NCBI GenBank assembly: GCA_963717465.1 | Contig: OY970340.1 | Span: 864,001-928,000, forward strand | Source: Candidatus Bathyarchaeota archaeon | GTDB lineage: Archaea > Thermoproteota > Bathyarchaeia > Bathyarchaeales > Bathycorpusculaceae | Length of the DNA stretch: 64,000 nt | Direction of reading: 5' to 3' | Shown here: one piece after another, positions 20,171-31,134 of the stretch | Layout: each line of letters begins with the position of its first letter | Numbering within the stretch: the stretch's first letter is position 1 | Program-made: the position numbers and the translations under genes | The notes under the pieces: generated by a model | What the model saw: only the letters and a program-made list of their open reading frames with translations | Told to the model about the DNA's origin: nothing | Database searches by the model: none

Positions 20171-20311
20171 GTGAAGGTCAAGGAATTAAATGGAGTATTA
20201 GTTCTTGATGGGGATGTGTTGATAGGTGGAGAAGAAGCCTTCACTGATACGAGATACATTGAAGCTTTTACTCTGCTACATGCCTTGATTGATTGGTGGA
20301 GGCTGACTTAA
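20171..20311 (+). pseudogene. short gene fragment (MKVKELNG...EAFTLLHALIDWW)
   Basis: GGTGA SD, GTG start, protein-like sequence stopping early. Confidence 0.35.
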
Positions 20312-20460
20312 TTCAATTTGATGAAGGTCTTTTCAAGCGCAAGTATAGATTCAGAAACTCAGTAAACTATCTCAAACGGGTCCTGGAATCCACTCTTTTC
20401 TTTCATGCCTTAAATATTTTGCCAACCAAATAATTCTTAAATGCTTAACCCCTAATTTCA

Positions 20461-21405
20461 ATGGGCTCAATTATGGAAGATTGGGATTTAATAATAATTG
20501 GTGCAGGTGCAGCGGGGCTTGCAGCTGGAATTTACGCTGTTCGAAGCGGCTTGAAAACGTTAATTTTGGATGAAGAACTCGCTGGAGGAGTCCTCGGTAA
20601 AGTTCCGATTGTTGTGAATTACCCTGGTTTTACTGAAATAACTGGTGGAGAACTTGCAGAAAAATTTGCTTTGCAGTGCAAAAAAATAGGCGCCACGATC
20701 CATGAATTAGAAGCAGTAACCAGCTTAGATCTTAGGCAAGAAAAGAAAATTGTAAAGACTTCGCGTTCTATTTATGGTGCTAAAGCGGTCATTATCGCGT
20801 CTGGTTCACATCATAAAGAAATCGGCGTCAAAGGTGAAAAAGAATTTCTCGGAAAAGGCGTTAGTTATTGCGGCGTTTGTGATGGTCCATTTTTTAAAGG
20901 TAAACGCGTTCTGATTGTTGGCGGAGGAAATTCTGCTTGTGTGACTACTTTGTATCTTTCAGGGTTAGCTGCTGAAGTTTTTGTTTCGCATCGAAGAGGG
21001 GCTTTCAGGGCTGAGGAAGCCACAGCGAAGGACATTGCTGCTAAAACTAATGTGACTGTTTTTTGGAATACTGAAGTTAAAGAAATTAAAGGTGAAAAGA
21101 CTGTGACTTCTGTTGTGCTGTACGATAACAAGACTGGGATGACTCGGGAATTGAATGTTGACGGTGTTTTCGTCCAAGTTGGCGAGTCGCCTAAAAGTCA
21201 ACTTGCTAAAGAGTCAGGAGTTGAGGTTGATGATGAAGGCTTTATCAAGATTGATGTTTGCCAGCGAACTAACCTGCTTGGAGTTTTTGCAGCAGGAGAC
21301 GTTTCGAATTATCCTGTTAAACAGATTGGAACCGCCGTTGGTCAAGGAATCATGGCAGCTCTTGAAGCCTATGCCTTCATTCGAAGTCCTTATTATAGGA
21401 AATAG
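20461..21405 (+). CDS. trxB: thioredoxin-disulfide reductase
   Basis: GAGAAG, GVSYCGVCDG, GGGNSA, FAAGD. Confidence 0.93.
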   Translation: MGSIMEDWDLIIIGAGAAGLAAGIYAVRSGLKTLILDEELAGGVLGKVPIVVNYPGFTEITGGELAEKFALQCKKIGATIHELEAVTSLDLRQEKKIVKTSRSIYGAKAVIIASGSHHKEIGVKGEKEFLGKGVSYCGVCDGPFFKGKRVLIVGGGNSACVTTLYLSGLAAEVFVSHRRGAFRAEEATAKDIAAKTNVTVFWNTEVKEIKGEKTVTSVVLYDNKTGMTRELNVDGVFVQVGESPKSQLAKESGVEVDDEGFIKIDVCQRTNLLGVFAAGDVSNYPVKQIGTAVGQGIMAALEAYAFIRSPYYRK

Positions 21406-21492
21406 GTTAAACGTATAGAAAAAAATATATCCTAAACGTTTTCCAAACAAGCACCAGTTAGCGTAGTTCAGGCGAAATGAGGTTCAGGTAAG

Positions 21493-22731
21493 ATGAGTGA
21501 AGAGAAATGTCTAGCCGTAGTGGAAATTAATCAAGATCTTTGCGGTAGATGCTACGTTTGCCAATCGATTTGTCCTTTCGAAGCGATAAAACGCGATTCA
21601 GAAGGAAAAGTCGAAATAAACATTCAAGATTGCCAAGTTTGCGGCATATGCTACAGCGCTTGCCCAACATCCGCAATAAGCATGGATTACTACAACTATG
21701 AAAACCTCTCAAACAGCGTTAAGAAACTCAGAGCTAAAGCAAAAAGTAGCAAACAAATTGCGGGAAAAGACGCAGGCGAGACTCTTGTCTTAATGTGCCG
21801 TGGAAACTCGCCTTCTACAGGCGAAGTTGAGGAAATTCTTAAAGACCAAGGGTTAAAAGTTAACAGTTACATACCGTTAAGGTTACCTTGTTCGGGTCGA
21901 ATCCCGACCAGCTTTATATTTGATGTTCTTAATTCAGGCGTAAAAAATGTTGTTTCCATCCAATGTGAAGACTCTTTTTGCCGCTACAAAGAAGGCACAA
22001 AAATTAACACTCAGCGGCTTTTATTATCAAAAAATGTTCTCAAACAATTAGGCTTCAATGAAGATGCAGTTAAAATCGTAAAATACTCTCGCAAGGCAGT
22101 TTACAACGTCAATGAATGCGTGGGCTGCGATAAATGCATCTTTATTTGCCCCTATAAAGCCTTAGAATTTGAATCTTTCGCGACGCCAAAGGTGATTAAC
22201 GAAAAATGTATGGGTTGCGGCGCATGTCAACTTGTTTGTCCGCATCATGCTATCCAAGTAAAAGGCTTCGAATTTGAAAACGTACTGAAACGTTATGCTA
22301 ACTCGGCATCAAAATTAAGAGCTAAGCGTAATAATCCTGTAATCCTCGCATTTATTTGTCAATGGTCAGAATTTTCAGCCTTAGACAACCCAAACAACAT
22401 TTTCGCGGGCAAAAACGTTTTGGCTCTCGAAGTTCCCTGCTTCAAATCCTTGGATCCGGTTCACGTAGTAAATGCGTTGAACTGCGGTTTTGACGGTGTA
22501 ATGGCTGTTGTCTGCTCATCTAAGGACTGCAAATTACAAGAGGGAAGAGATACTGCAGAGCGAAACATGGGCGTCTTAAAGAACTGTTTGAAAAAGACGG
22601 GTCTTCTCGATCGATTTGAGCTTTTCGAAGAATCCCCACGATGCGCAGGCGACTTCAACAAGAAACTAGACGCGTTTTACGAGAAAATTTCAGCTTTACC
22701 TAAACGCGAAATACTCTTGGAGGCAAAATAA
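21493..22731 (+). CDS. 2x(ferredoxin + MvhD/FlpD-like) tandem fusion
   Basis: four CxxCxxCxxxCP motifs; RLPCSGR..CEDSFC and FICQWS..VPC..CSSKDC. Confidence 0.85.
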   Translation: MSEEKCLAVVEINQDLCGRCYVCQSICPFEAIKRDSEGKVEINIQDCQVCGICYSACPTSAISMDYYNYENLSNSVKKLRAKAKSSKQIAGKDAGETLVLMCRGNSPSTGEVEEILKDQGLKVNSYIPLRLPCSGRIPTSFIFDVLNSGVKNVVSIQCEDSFCRYKEGTKINTQRLLLSKNVLKQLGFNEDAVKIVKYSRKAVYNVNECVGCDKCIFICPYKALEFESFATPKVINEKCMGCGACQLVCPHHAIQVKGFEFENVLKRYANSASKLRAKRNNPVILAFICQWSEFSALDNPNNIFAGKNVLALEVPCFKSLDPVHVVNALNCGFDGVMAVVCSSKDCKLQEGRDTAERNMGVLKNCLKKTGLLDRFELFEESPRCAGDFNKKLDAFYEKISALPKREILLEAK

Positions 22732-23576
22732 TGTACAAAATAGTAAATAAAAAAGAACTTGCCCCAAAAATAAAACTCTTTGAAGTCGACGCTCCAGACA
22801 TAGCGTCTAAATCTGCAGTTGGTCAATTCCTAATAGTTATACATAATAAAACAGGCGAACGCATTCCCTTAACCATATGCGGATACGACACCGCTAAAGG
22901 AACCGTTTCATTCGCTTTCCACGAAGTTGGTAAAACAACTCAAACGCTTGGCTTGCTAAGCAAAGGCGAATGCATAGACAACGTTACTGGTCCACTTGGA
23001 AATCCCTCTGAAATAAAAAAGTTCGGCAAAGTTCTCTGTGTAGGCGGAAGCGTTATGATTGCTCCACTGCTTTTGCAGGCTAAAGCCATGAAAGAAGCTG
23101 GAAACAATGTTACCACGATTATAGGTGCTCGGACAAAAGACTTCATCATGATGGAAGATGAAGCAAAAGCATTAAGCGACATTGTTTATGTGGCGACAGA
23201 TGATGGTTCCAAAGGTTACAAGGGATTAGATTTCCTTAAAGAATTATTGAAGAAAGAAAAATTTGATCGCTGCGTAGTCATGGGTCCAGTTATCTTAATG
23301 AAAGATGTCAGCGAAATAACCAAGCCGTACGGTATACCGACAATAGTCACTTTAACACCCATAATGATTGATGGCATGGGAATGTGCGGCGTATGCCGTG
23401 TCACAGTCGGCGGCAAAATGCTTTTCGGCTGCATAGATGGACCGGAATTCGATGGTCACAAAACCGATTTTAACGAGTTAATTTTACGTCAACGAATGAT
23501 GCTTCCCGAAGAACGCTTAAGTTCTGTTCTGTGGGACATGCGAGGAGGTTGTAAATGTGGCAGAAACAAAGCCTAA
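22731..23576 (+). CDS. sudB: SudB/NfnA-like FAD/NAD-binding subunit
   Basis: GERIPLT, GPLG, TDDGS, MIDGMGMCGVCRV, CIDGPEF. Confidence 0.9.
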   Translation: MYKIVNKKELAPKIKLFEVDAPDIASKSAVGQFLIVIHNKTGERIPLTICGYDTAKGTVSFAFHEVGKTTQTLGLLSKGECIDNVTGPLGNPSEIKKFGKVLCVGGSVMIAPLLLQAKAMKEAGNNVTTIIGARTKDFIMMEDEAKALSDIVYVATDDGSKGYKGLDFLKELLKKEKFDRCVVMGPVILMKDVSEITKPYGIPTIVTLTPIMIDGMGMCGVCRVTVGGKMLFGCIDGPEFDGHKTDFNELILRQRMMLPEERLSSVLWDMRGGCKCGRNKA

Positions 23577-24968
23577 ACCAAAATTAGTCAAGAAAGCAGT
23601 TGAAATGGCAAAACAAGACCCAAAGGTACGCGCTAAAAACTTCAGCGAAGTCGCTTTGGGCTACACAGAGGCGCAAGCTCAGGAAGAAGCGAATAGATGT
23701 TTGCAGTGTCCAAAACCTCAATGTACGACTGGTTGCCCAGTAGAAGTTCCTATACCTGCATTCATAAAGCTGATTAAAGAAAAGAAGTACGCCGAAGGCA
23801 TATCTGCAATTAAAGCAAAGAATGCGTTGCCAGCTGTATGCGGACGAGTTTGCCCTCAAGAAGTGCAATGTCAAAGCAAATGCGTCGTCGGCAAGGTGGG
23901 TGAACCAATCAGCATTGGACGTTTAGAACGTTTTCTTGCAGATTGGGAACGTGATAACGGATTTCAGATTCCGCAGAAAGCGGCATCTACAGGCAAAAAA
24001 ATTGCTGTCATCGGTGCCGGGCCCGCTGGATTAACTGTTGCTGCAGACCTCGTTAGGCTTGGCCATGATATTACAATGTTTGAAGCGCTGCATGTTGGCG
24101 GTGGCGTATTAAGTTATGGCATTCCAGAATTTCGTTTACCAAAAGCAATTGTTCAAAACGAAGTTTCATACATCCAAAAGCTTAGGCGTTGATTTAAGAT
24201 TAGGCAACCTAATCGGCAGAATCCACACGATTCCTGAACTAATGAAAGACGGCTATGACGCTGTATTCATCGGCAGCGGGGCTGGTTTACCACAGTTTAC
24301 AGGTTGCCCAGGCGAAAACCTCGGCGGAATATACTCTGCAAACGAATTTTTGATCCGCGTCAACCTAATGAAAGCCTTCATGTTTCCAGAAACTGACACA
24401 CCAATACGCATAGGCAAAAAAGTTGTCGTCATCGGCGGCGGAAATGTTGCTATGGACTGCGCAAGATGTTCAATGCGCTTAGGCGCTGACGTATGCTTAC
24501 TATACAGACGTTCACGAGACGAGTTACCTGCAAGACACGAGGAAATCGAGAATGCTGAAGAAGAAGGCTTAATGTGCAAGTTCCTAGCAGCTCCGATCGA
24601 ATTTTACGGTGACGAAAAAGGCTGGGTAAAATCAATGAAATGCATAGCAATGGAGCTCAGGCGCACCTGATGCTAAAGGAAGACGCGGTGTAACACCGAT
24701 TCCAAACTCTGAATTCACGATGGATGTAGACACAGTTATCATTGCAATCGGCCAAACACCCAACCCAATTATTCAAAGGACTACACAAGGCTTACAAAGT
24801 GACCCAAGACATGGCACAATAACCGTTAATGAAGTCGGCAAAACCAGTTTAGACGGCGTTTACGCTGGTGGCGACGTAGCCACAGGCGCAGCAACCGTAA
24901 TCAGTGCGATGGGAGCAGGCAAAAAAGCAGCAAAAGCAATGCACGAATACTTAACAAGTAAGAAATAA
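23557..24968 (+). CDS. sudA: SudA/NfnB (GltD-like) flavoprotein, two frameshifts (~24180, ~24660)
   Basis: EANRCLQC, CGRVCPQE, GAGPAG, GGGNVAMD, AGGD..GAATVI across three ORFs. Confidence 0.9.
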
Positions 24969-25150
24969 CATCTCAATTTTTTATAACTAAATTTTGTTGC
25001 TTCGAAACTCGAACTAAATAGTTGGTAATAGTGACTATTGAGTGTAGATTAGATTTGGTGTTTTAGGGTTGCTTCTCGATTCTTAAAGGCAAAGGCTTAA
25101 GAATAAAGGTTGCCCTTGATTCGAACAAAAAGTTCGATGTGCATTTGAAG

Positions 25151-25970
25151 ATGGGCAAAATGAAGGTTTGTGTTGCTGGTCTTGGTCAGATTGGTTTTCC
25201 AGTTGCACAATACATTCAGGCTAAGGGTCTTGAAGTTGTAGGTTATGATATTAATCCCAGCACTGTTGCAAATGCTGGTAAAACTGGCAAGTTTAAAGCA
25301 ACAAGCAAATGGGATGATGTACCGGATGTGGATGTCTTTATTTGTTGTGTCACAACTGGTCAAATTAATGATTCACCTGACTTGTCAGCGGTTTTTGATG
25401 TTTGCAAAAAAATGGCTGAAAAAACCACGCCTGATTCGCTTGTATCTATTGAAAGCACAATAATTCCAGGCACAAGCAAAAAAATATTTGAAGAAATTTT
25501 TAGTAGTAAAGTGTCTGTTTGTGCATGCTCCTCATAGGTACTGGGCAGACGAACCAGAAAAACACGGGGTCAACCAGCTCAGGGTAATCGGAGGAGTAAA
25601 CTCAAAAAGCCTTAGCGCTGGCTTAAAATTCTATAAAGATACTTTAGGAATACCGATGCATAAGGTTTCCAAAGTTGAAGTCGCAGAAATGTGCAAGATC
25701 ACAGAAAATTCGCATCGCTATCTGCAAATTGCGTTTGCTGAGGAACTGAAAATGATGTGCGACAAGCTGGACATGGATTTTAATGAGCTTCGTGATGCAT
25801 GTAACTCGAAATGGAATGTTGATATGCCTGAAGCAAGAGATGGCATCGGAAGGCATTGCCTACCAAAAGATATTAGATACGTCACATCGCTTGTTCCCGA
25901 TAACATTTTGCTGCAAAGTGCGGTTCAAGTTGACAAGAAATATAGAGAGTGGCTTGCTCAAAAAAAGTAA
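25151..25970 (+). CDS. UDP-glucose/GDP-mannose dehydrogenase-family protein (short form), one frameshift ~25510
   Basis: GLGQIG, IESTIIPG, AEMCKITEN, GRHCLPKD. Confidence 0.8.
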
Positions 25971-25983
25971 ATGGAGAAAATAA

Positions 25984-27018
25984 ATGCCTGATGTCTGGTT
26001 AGACACTGTTACGCCTAAAATCAGCATAGCAATCAACAGTTTACTTCCTATTCTGCATAAGAAAGATTACTCCACGCTTATCACGGCTAAGAAGGCAACT
26101 CAAACAACAGATATGTTTGACGCCTTAAAAGTTCAATATTACACGATAGGCGAATATGGCGAAACTCCAAAAGAAAAATTAGTAGTCGAGCAGAAACGGA
26201 CTTTAGAATTTCTTGAGCTCTTCGAAAAAGTGGGCACTCCAAAAGTGCTCTGGACGCACGGCGACGTATCTGCCATTCGAACAGCTTTTGGACTCGGCAT
26301 CCCAATCGTCTACGCTAACGACACAGTTTTTGCCTACCACGTAGCCAAACTTGCCGTTCCACTGGTGAACTGGTTAATTGCGCCAGCCTGTTTTGGAACC
26401 TCATGGAGCAAATTCGGAATCTCCAAAAAACAAATAATTCACTATGACGGCTTAGAGGAACTAGCATGGCTTAAAGGCACAAGATTCGAAAAACCGGGCT
26501 TTCTAAAGGAACTAAAAAGCAAAAAACCCATTATTCTCTTCCGAGACGCCGAGTATAAAGCCAGCTACTGCAAGGACGTTAAAGTTGACTCAATACAGCT
26601 TTTGGAAGAATTAACCAAGTTAGCAACTGTCGTATGCCTTCCCCGCTATGAAGAAGAAAGACAGCAATTCACCGCTTTAAACAACGTTTGGATACCGCCA
26701 AAACCAGTATTAACCGCCCAACTAATGCCCTATATCGACTTGATGGTTGGTAGCGGAGGTACTGCATGCCGTGAAACAGCCCTCTGCGGCATACCGACCA
26801 TAAACTTTCACTTCTGGGATGTACAAGCACGCTACCTCTACAAGAAAGGTTTTCCCATCCAAATCTTAAGAGACAAAAATAAAATAGTTAAAGTAGCGAA
26901 GAAAATTCTTGAAAACCCGCAAAAACACCGATTGGACACAAAAATTTCGCTGGCAAAACTTGAATCCCCCATCCCTGTTTGGACTCGTTACATCCAACTA
27001 TGCCTAAAAGACAAGTAA
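25984..27018 (+). CDS. DUF354 GT-B fold protein
   Basis: VWLD..TPK, GLEE, GGT..RE.A..GIPTI. Confidence 0.8.
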   Translation: MPDVWLDTVTPKISIAINSLLPILHKKDYSTLITAKKATQTTDMFDALKVQYYTIGEYGETPKEKLVVEQKRTLEFLELFEKVGTPKVLWTHGDVSAIRTAFGLGIPIVYANDTVFAYHVAKLAVPLVNWLIAPACFGTSWSKFGISKKQIIHYDGLEELAWLKGTRFEKPGFLKELKSKKPIILFRDAEYKASYCKDVKVDSIQLLEELTKLATVVCLPRYEEERQQFTALNNVWIPPKPVLTAQLMPYIDLMVGSGGTACRETALCGIPTINFHFWDVQARYLYKKGFPIQILRDKNKIVKVAKKILENPQKHRLDTKISLAKLESPIPVWTRYIQLCLKDK

Positions 27019-27021
27019 TTA

Positions 27022-27909
27022 TCATGAAGTAAGATAACCTCGCAGATAATAGAGACGAATCAACGGGTGGATATAGGCAAGTGAGGGTTCACGGGTTTGG
27101 TAAGCAACAAACAATCCAGTGAATGGCGATATCAAAAAACGGTAAATCACATCGAATTTTTTAATTGGCGGTTCCCTTTTGTGGGTAACGGAAGTGATTT
27201 TTCGCCACATTTCGGGCAACTGCTTGGCGTACCAGTATTGGTGGTTTAGTTCCTGTTTTAGGCTGCTTCGAAGATGAATTGACTGCACATTATAATCTAC
27301 AAACCATTGATAGCCATGCCTGTCGATTTCGTAAGCTAGGACCGTGTCAACGCCGCTGCTTGATGCCAATTTAGGAAAGCCGTCTATCTCGCGAATGACG
27401 CTTGTTCTGAAAATCGTGTTATCCAATGTTTTGCCCAGCGTGAAAGCAGCCATCTCTCTGCCTTTAAGCCATGACTCCAATTGTGCTTCTCCACGGTACT
27501 TTTTTGCCACATACAACTGTAACATATGCACGCCAGGCGGCTTATCAGCAAAACGCATACCTGATGCCCCAGCAACTTTAAGGTTTTTTAGAGCTTCTGG
27601 AATTTTTTTCCACCAGTCATGCGATAGGAGTAAATCCTGCTCAAAGCAAACAAAAAATTCGGATTCCACATGCTTAAGCGCAGTATTGGCATTATCGCTG
27701 ATGCCTTGACCCTCGTTAAAAACCACAGTCCAACCAAACGACTCGGCAATTTCGCGTGTGCCATCCGTACTTTTGTCGTCCGAAATGATTTTTTTATTCA
27801 CCATTTCAGCAGGAATTACTTGGTTGATTCTTTTCAACACAGACGGCAGCGTTTTCTCGCCATTAAATGTCCACATTACCAAGTCGACTTTTCCAACCAA
27901 GCATAACAC
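27022..27909 (-). CDS. GT2 glycosyltransferase
   Basis: DDKSTDGT, EQD. Confidence 0.85.
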   Translation of the reverse strand: MLCLVGKVDLVMWTFNGEKTLPSVLKRINQVIPAEMVNKKIISDDKSTDGTREIAESFGWTVVFNEGQGISDNANTALKHVESEFFVCFEQDLLLSHDWWKKIPEALKNLKVAGASGMRFADKPPGVHMLQLYVAKKYRGEAQLESWLKGREMAAFTLGKTLDNTIFRTSVIREIDGFPKLASSSGVDTVLAYEIDRHGYQWFVDYNVQSIHLRSSLKQELNHQYWYAKQLPEMWRKITSVTHKREPPIKKFDVIYRFLISPFTGLFVAYQTREPSLAYIHPLIRLYYLRGYLTS

Positions 27910-27927
27910 AACCGTTTAATTTTGCAT

Positions 27928-28732
27928 CTAAGCAGCAATCCAGCCTTTAAATATGAGTACATTACTGCGAAAATGAATTTTGGAAGCTTCAAAATCTCTG
28001 GTTACAATATAAATCCAAATTGCCTTCGGTAAAGAACTTGCAAGCCAACGCAAAATTGTAATGAATTTGCCATAATGGTATTTTTTAAGAAGGTAGCCAG
28101 TGGTTATAAAACCCGTAGACCGTTCATTAGGCGTTAGATTATGCAGGCAATATGGTGAAGTAACTTTAAGGAAACGGTAACCTTTCTGGATAATGTAACG
28201 TCCAATAAAATCATCCTCATAAATATGCAAATCGGAAGGAATACGAATACCCGCTACTGCAGTAGACCTGACAAGAGTGTCATGCATCATGCACCGTTCA
28301 CCGCGCATTTGCTTGACCAACAAATCCTTCATATCGAGATGATAAAGCCTAGACATGGCATAATTAATATTGTAGAAGTGTTTTTCAGAAGGTACGGCAA
28401 CGCCCCAAACAGCACCAGTGTCGCTTTTCACGTTTTCCCACGCTTTGTAAAACCAGTCTCTTGTTAAAATAACATCTGAATCGATATGGACATGCCATTG
28501 GGTTTCAACGGCTTCAATACCTTTCTGCCCTAGCTGTTGCACGTGTACCTTTGTTGTCATGTATTAATTTCACGTTAGGAAGGGCTTTCAGCAAATCTAG
28601 TGTTCCATCTGTGCTTCCGCCATCGACAGCAATTAGCCTGTTAACTGGAATATTCGCATAAATAGAATCAACACATTCTTTCAAACATGGCTGCACGCTA
28701 TTTTTTGTAAGTAAAACAACATCCAACTTCAT
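27928..28732 (-). CDS. GT2 glycosyltransferase, one frameshift ~28530
   Basis: VDGGSTDGT and IDSD, ED in consecutive ORFs. Confidence 0.8.
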
Positions 28733-28745
28733 TTCTTTGGCATAG

Positions 28746-29825
28746 TTAACTTGTTCCATGACCATTAATAGACCTCATTTTTGATTTATGCATTTTGTCT
28801 AAATACTTAAATCTAGAAAAAACAAGGTACAGCGGAAAAGGCGGATAAGGAGCAAGCATAGCTTTTTGCACTTCTCTATCGGACACTTGCCTGATAAATT
28901 TTTGAACCGTCTGCCTCTTACTCCATGTTTCTCGAAGATGAAGCCAATTCCAAAAAAAACCTTTCACAATAGCAAGGCTAACAAGTGGTCGACGTCTAGC
29001 AAGAGATAAAGCGGCATTACGCATCTCATAAAGAATTGAAACAGCGATTGCCTTTGAAAGTTGTTGTAAGCTGTAATTTTTTATAAGAACCATTAAATGA
29101 TTTCTGGTGTAAAAAAACATGCGGTTTTGGTGCGTGAGCTTGGAGGCAGTAGACCCTGAGGCATGATAAACAATCGAATCAGCAGCAAACATTACTTTGT
29201 ATCCGCTTAGCCATATTCTCCAGCACAAGTCAACTTCGTCAAAGTACATGAAAAAGTCTGGGTCAAATAGACCAGTTTCCTTTAATACAATACGCTTTAT
29301 GAGAATTGCTGCGCCTTTGGCGTAAAAGACTGTGTCATTAGAATTATAATCACTAGCCTCTTCTCCTCGACCTCGTTCAAAATGATATCCGTAGTAGTCA
29401 ACTAAACCGCCTGCGCAATCAAGAAGTTCAGGCGAATTCATAAGTAAAAGTTTGCTTTGAACGACTCCGACTCTTGGTTGCGACTTTATTGTGTTAACTA
29501 ACGATGTTAGCCATTTCGGTTCAACCCGTGTATCGCTATTAACTAGAGCAATTAGATTGCTCGCAGATTTTCTTATGCCAATGTTGTTCCCTTCGGTAAA
29601 ACCATAATTTCGACTATTTCTTATGATACGTAATTTCTTGTTTTTGCCAAAACGGCTTTCAATAAAATCGACGCTGCCATCTGTTGAGGCATTGTCAACG
29701 AATAACACTTCAAAACTGGGATAATCAGTTAAAAGTACTGAGTTAACGCAAGTTATCAGAAGTGGCCCTAAATGCTTTCTACCATTATAGTTTAGAATTA
29801 TAACTGAAACCCTTTCAGCTTCCAT
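28746..29825 (-). CDS. GT2 glycosyltransferase (rhamnosyltransferase-like)
   Basis: VDNASTDGS, NSD, FFMYFDEVDLCWR. Confidence 0.9.
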   Translation of the reverse strand: MEAERVSVIILNYNGRKHLGPLLITCVNSVLLTDYPSFEVLFVDNASTDGSVDFIESRFGKNKKLRIIRNSRNYGFTEGNNIGIRKSASNLIALVNSDTRVEPKWLTSLVNTIKSQPRVGVVQSKLLLMNSPELLDCAGGLVDYYGYHFERGRGEEASDYNSNDTVFYAKGAAILIKRIVLKETGLFDPDFFMYFDEVDLCWRIWLSGYKVMFAADSIVYHASGSTASKLTHQNRMFFYTRNHLMVLIKNYSLQQLSKAIAVSILYEMRNAALSLARRRPLVSLAIVKGFFWNWLHLRETWSKRQTVQKFIRQVSDREVQKAMLAPYPPFPLYLVFSRFKYLDKMHKSKMRSINGHGTS

Positions 29826-30019
29826 TTAAAGGCCTCCACTAGTGAATGCAACCTTGATAGACAATCAAGGTTATATAAACAAGTGCGCTCCAACTTTTTA
29901 GCAAAAAAATTAATACCTGCAACTCTGTTCTGAAAATTGATTCTTCAAGCTCGTTCAGCATATTTGAGAGGCTACTTTTTGTTTTTTAACAACTCTATAA
30001 TTGGCATTATGTCAAGTGT

Positions 30020-30781
30020 TTAATCAGACCCAAATCGCATATTATGTAATGCAACTCTGAAAACAGACCTGAAATATGGTTCATTGTATTTACAGGTTGA
30101 ACATGTTTTGAATTTGTTTTTGTTTTTCAATATTCTTTCAACAATATCTACGTATGATTCTTGAGTTAAGTTGCCTACGGGACTTGATAACCCAAAATCC
30201 ATGCAACACAGATAAACATCTCCATTTGGTAGTACAACAGGTTTAATTTCTTGATAAAATCTGGCGCACCAGCCTAATCTTTTCTGTTTCTTAACTAGTC
30301 CTCTTGTAGTATTTTCTCTATTATTTGTGACAAAATTATTATTCATTATGTTAAAGCTGACGTTTGAGTTACTTTCGATGAGTTCAAAGAAATGATTACG
30401 ATAATTTTCCGTTATTGGCTCTTTCATTATTTGTCCATCTGGAAGATGAATGCATATTTGATTGAATTTAATGCGTTTCAATTCTTTCATATCTGCATCC
30501 TTTAATCCATACAAAGTCGTGTATAGTTCCAGTGTATGCTTATCCGTCATTTTAAAAAAATCTATGCACTTTGGATTTTTTAATGGCTCAGAAAATCCTG
30601 CAAATAGAATTCTAACATAATCCGGTACATTATTAAGTATTTTCTGATATGTTTCAACACTCATGTTTTTCTCGCATTTGTACCTTGACACTAATACTTC
30701 TTGTGGACAATATTTTGAACAGTTTACAGGGCATCCTATGTTAGTAGTTATTTCTAAAGCATATTTCATCATTATCACCAA
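30020..30781 (-). CDS. radical SAM/SPASM protein
   Basis: CPVNCSKYC, FAGFSEP, GDVYLCCMD, CSTC. Confidence 0.8.
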   Translation of the reverse strand: MVIMMKYALEITTNIGCPVNCSKYCPQEVLVSRYKCEKNMSVETYQKILNNVPDYVRILFAGFSEPLKNPKCIDFFKMTDKHTLELYTTLYGLKDADMKELKRIKFNQICIHLPDGQIMKEPITENYRNHFFELIESNSNVSFNIMNNNFVTNNRENTTRGLVKKQKRLGWCARFYQEIKPVVLPNGDVYLCCMDFGLSSPVGNLTQESYVDIVERILKNKNKFKTCSTCKYNEPYFRSVFRVALHNMRFGSD

Positions 30782-31134
30782 ATATTGAGCTTTAGAAGTC
30801 CTGAAATGACAACGGACAAACCGTTAACAAATCGAGTTTTTTCTGTCATTATGAGCAGAGTCTGCCTGGCTTCTTTATGGATTTTACTTCTTTGAGTCAT
30901 GAACTTTATCTCTAATTTAAGAAATTACATTATTTTGTGTGTGCATAACTGCGACACACAAACGAATTAATTACAACTAAACTTCGTAAAAATGAACTGA
31001 CACAATGGAGAGGAAATTAATACCCAAAAAAAACAAGAATTCAGAAAAATCATTCTTTTCTTCTTGCAATCTTTATATTATCACATGAAAACAGAGTATA
31101 GCTGTTAAGTGGGCTTAGCATAAAAAGAATTAAC

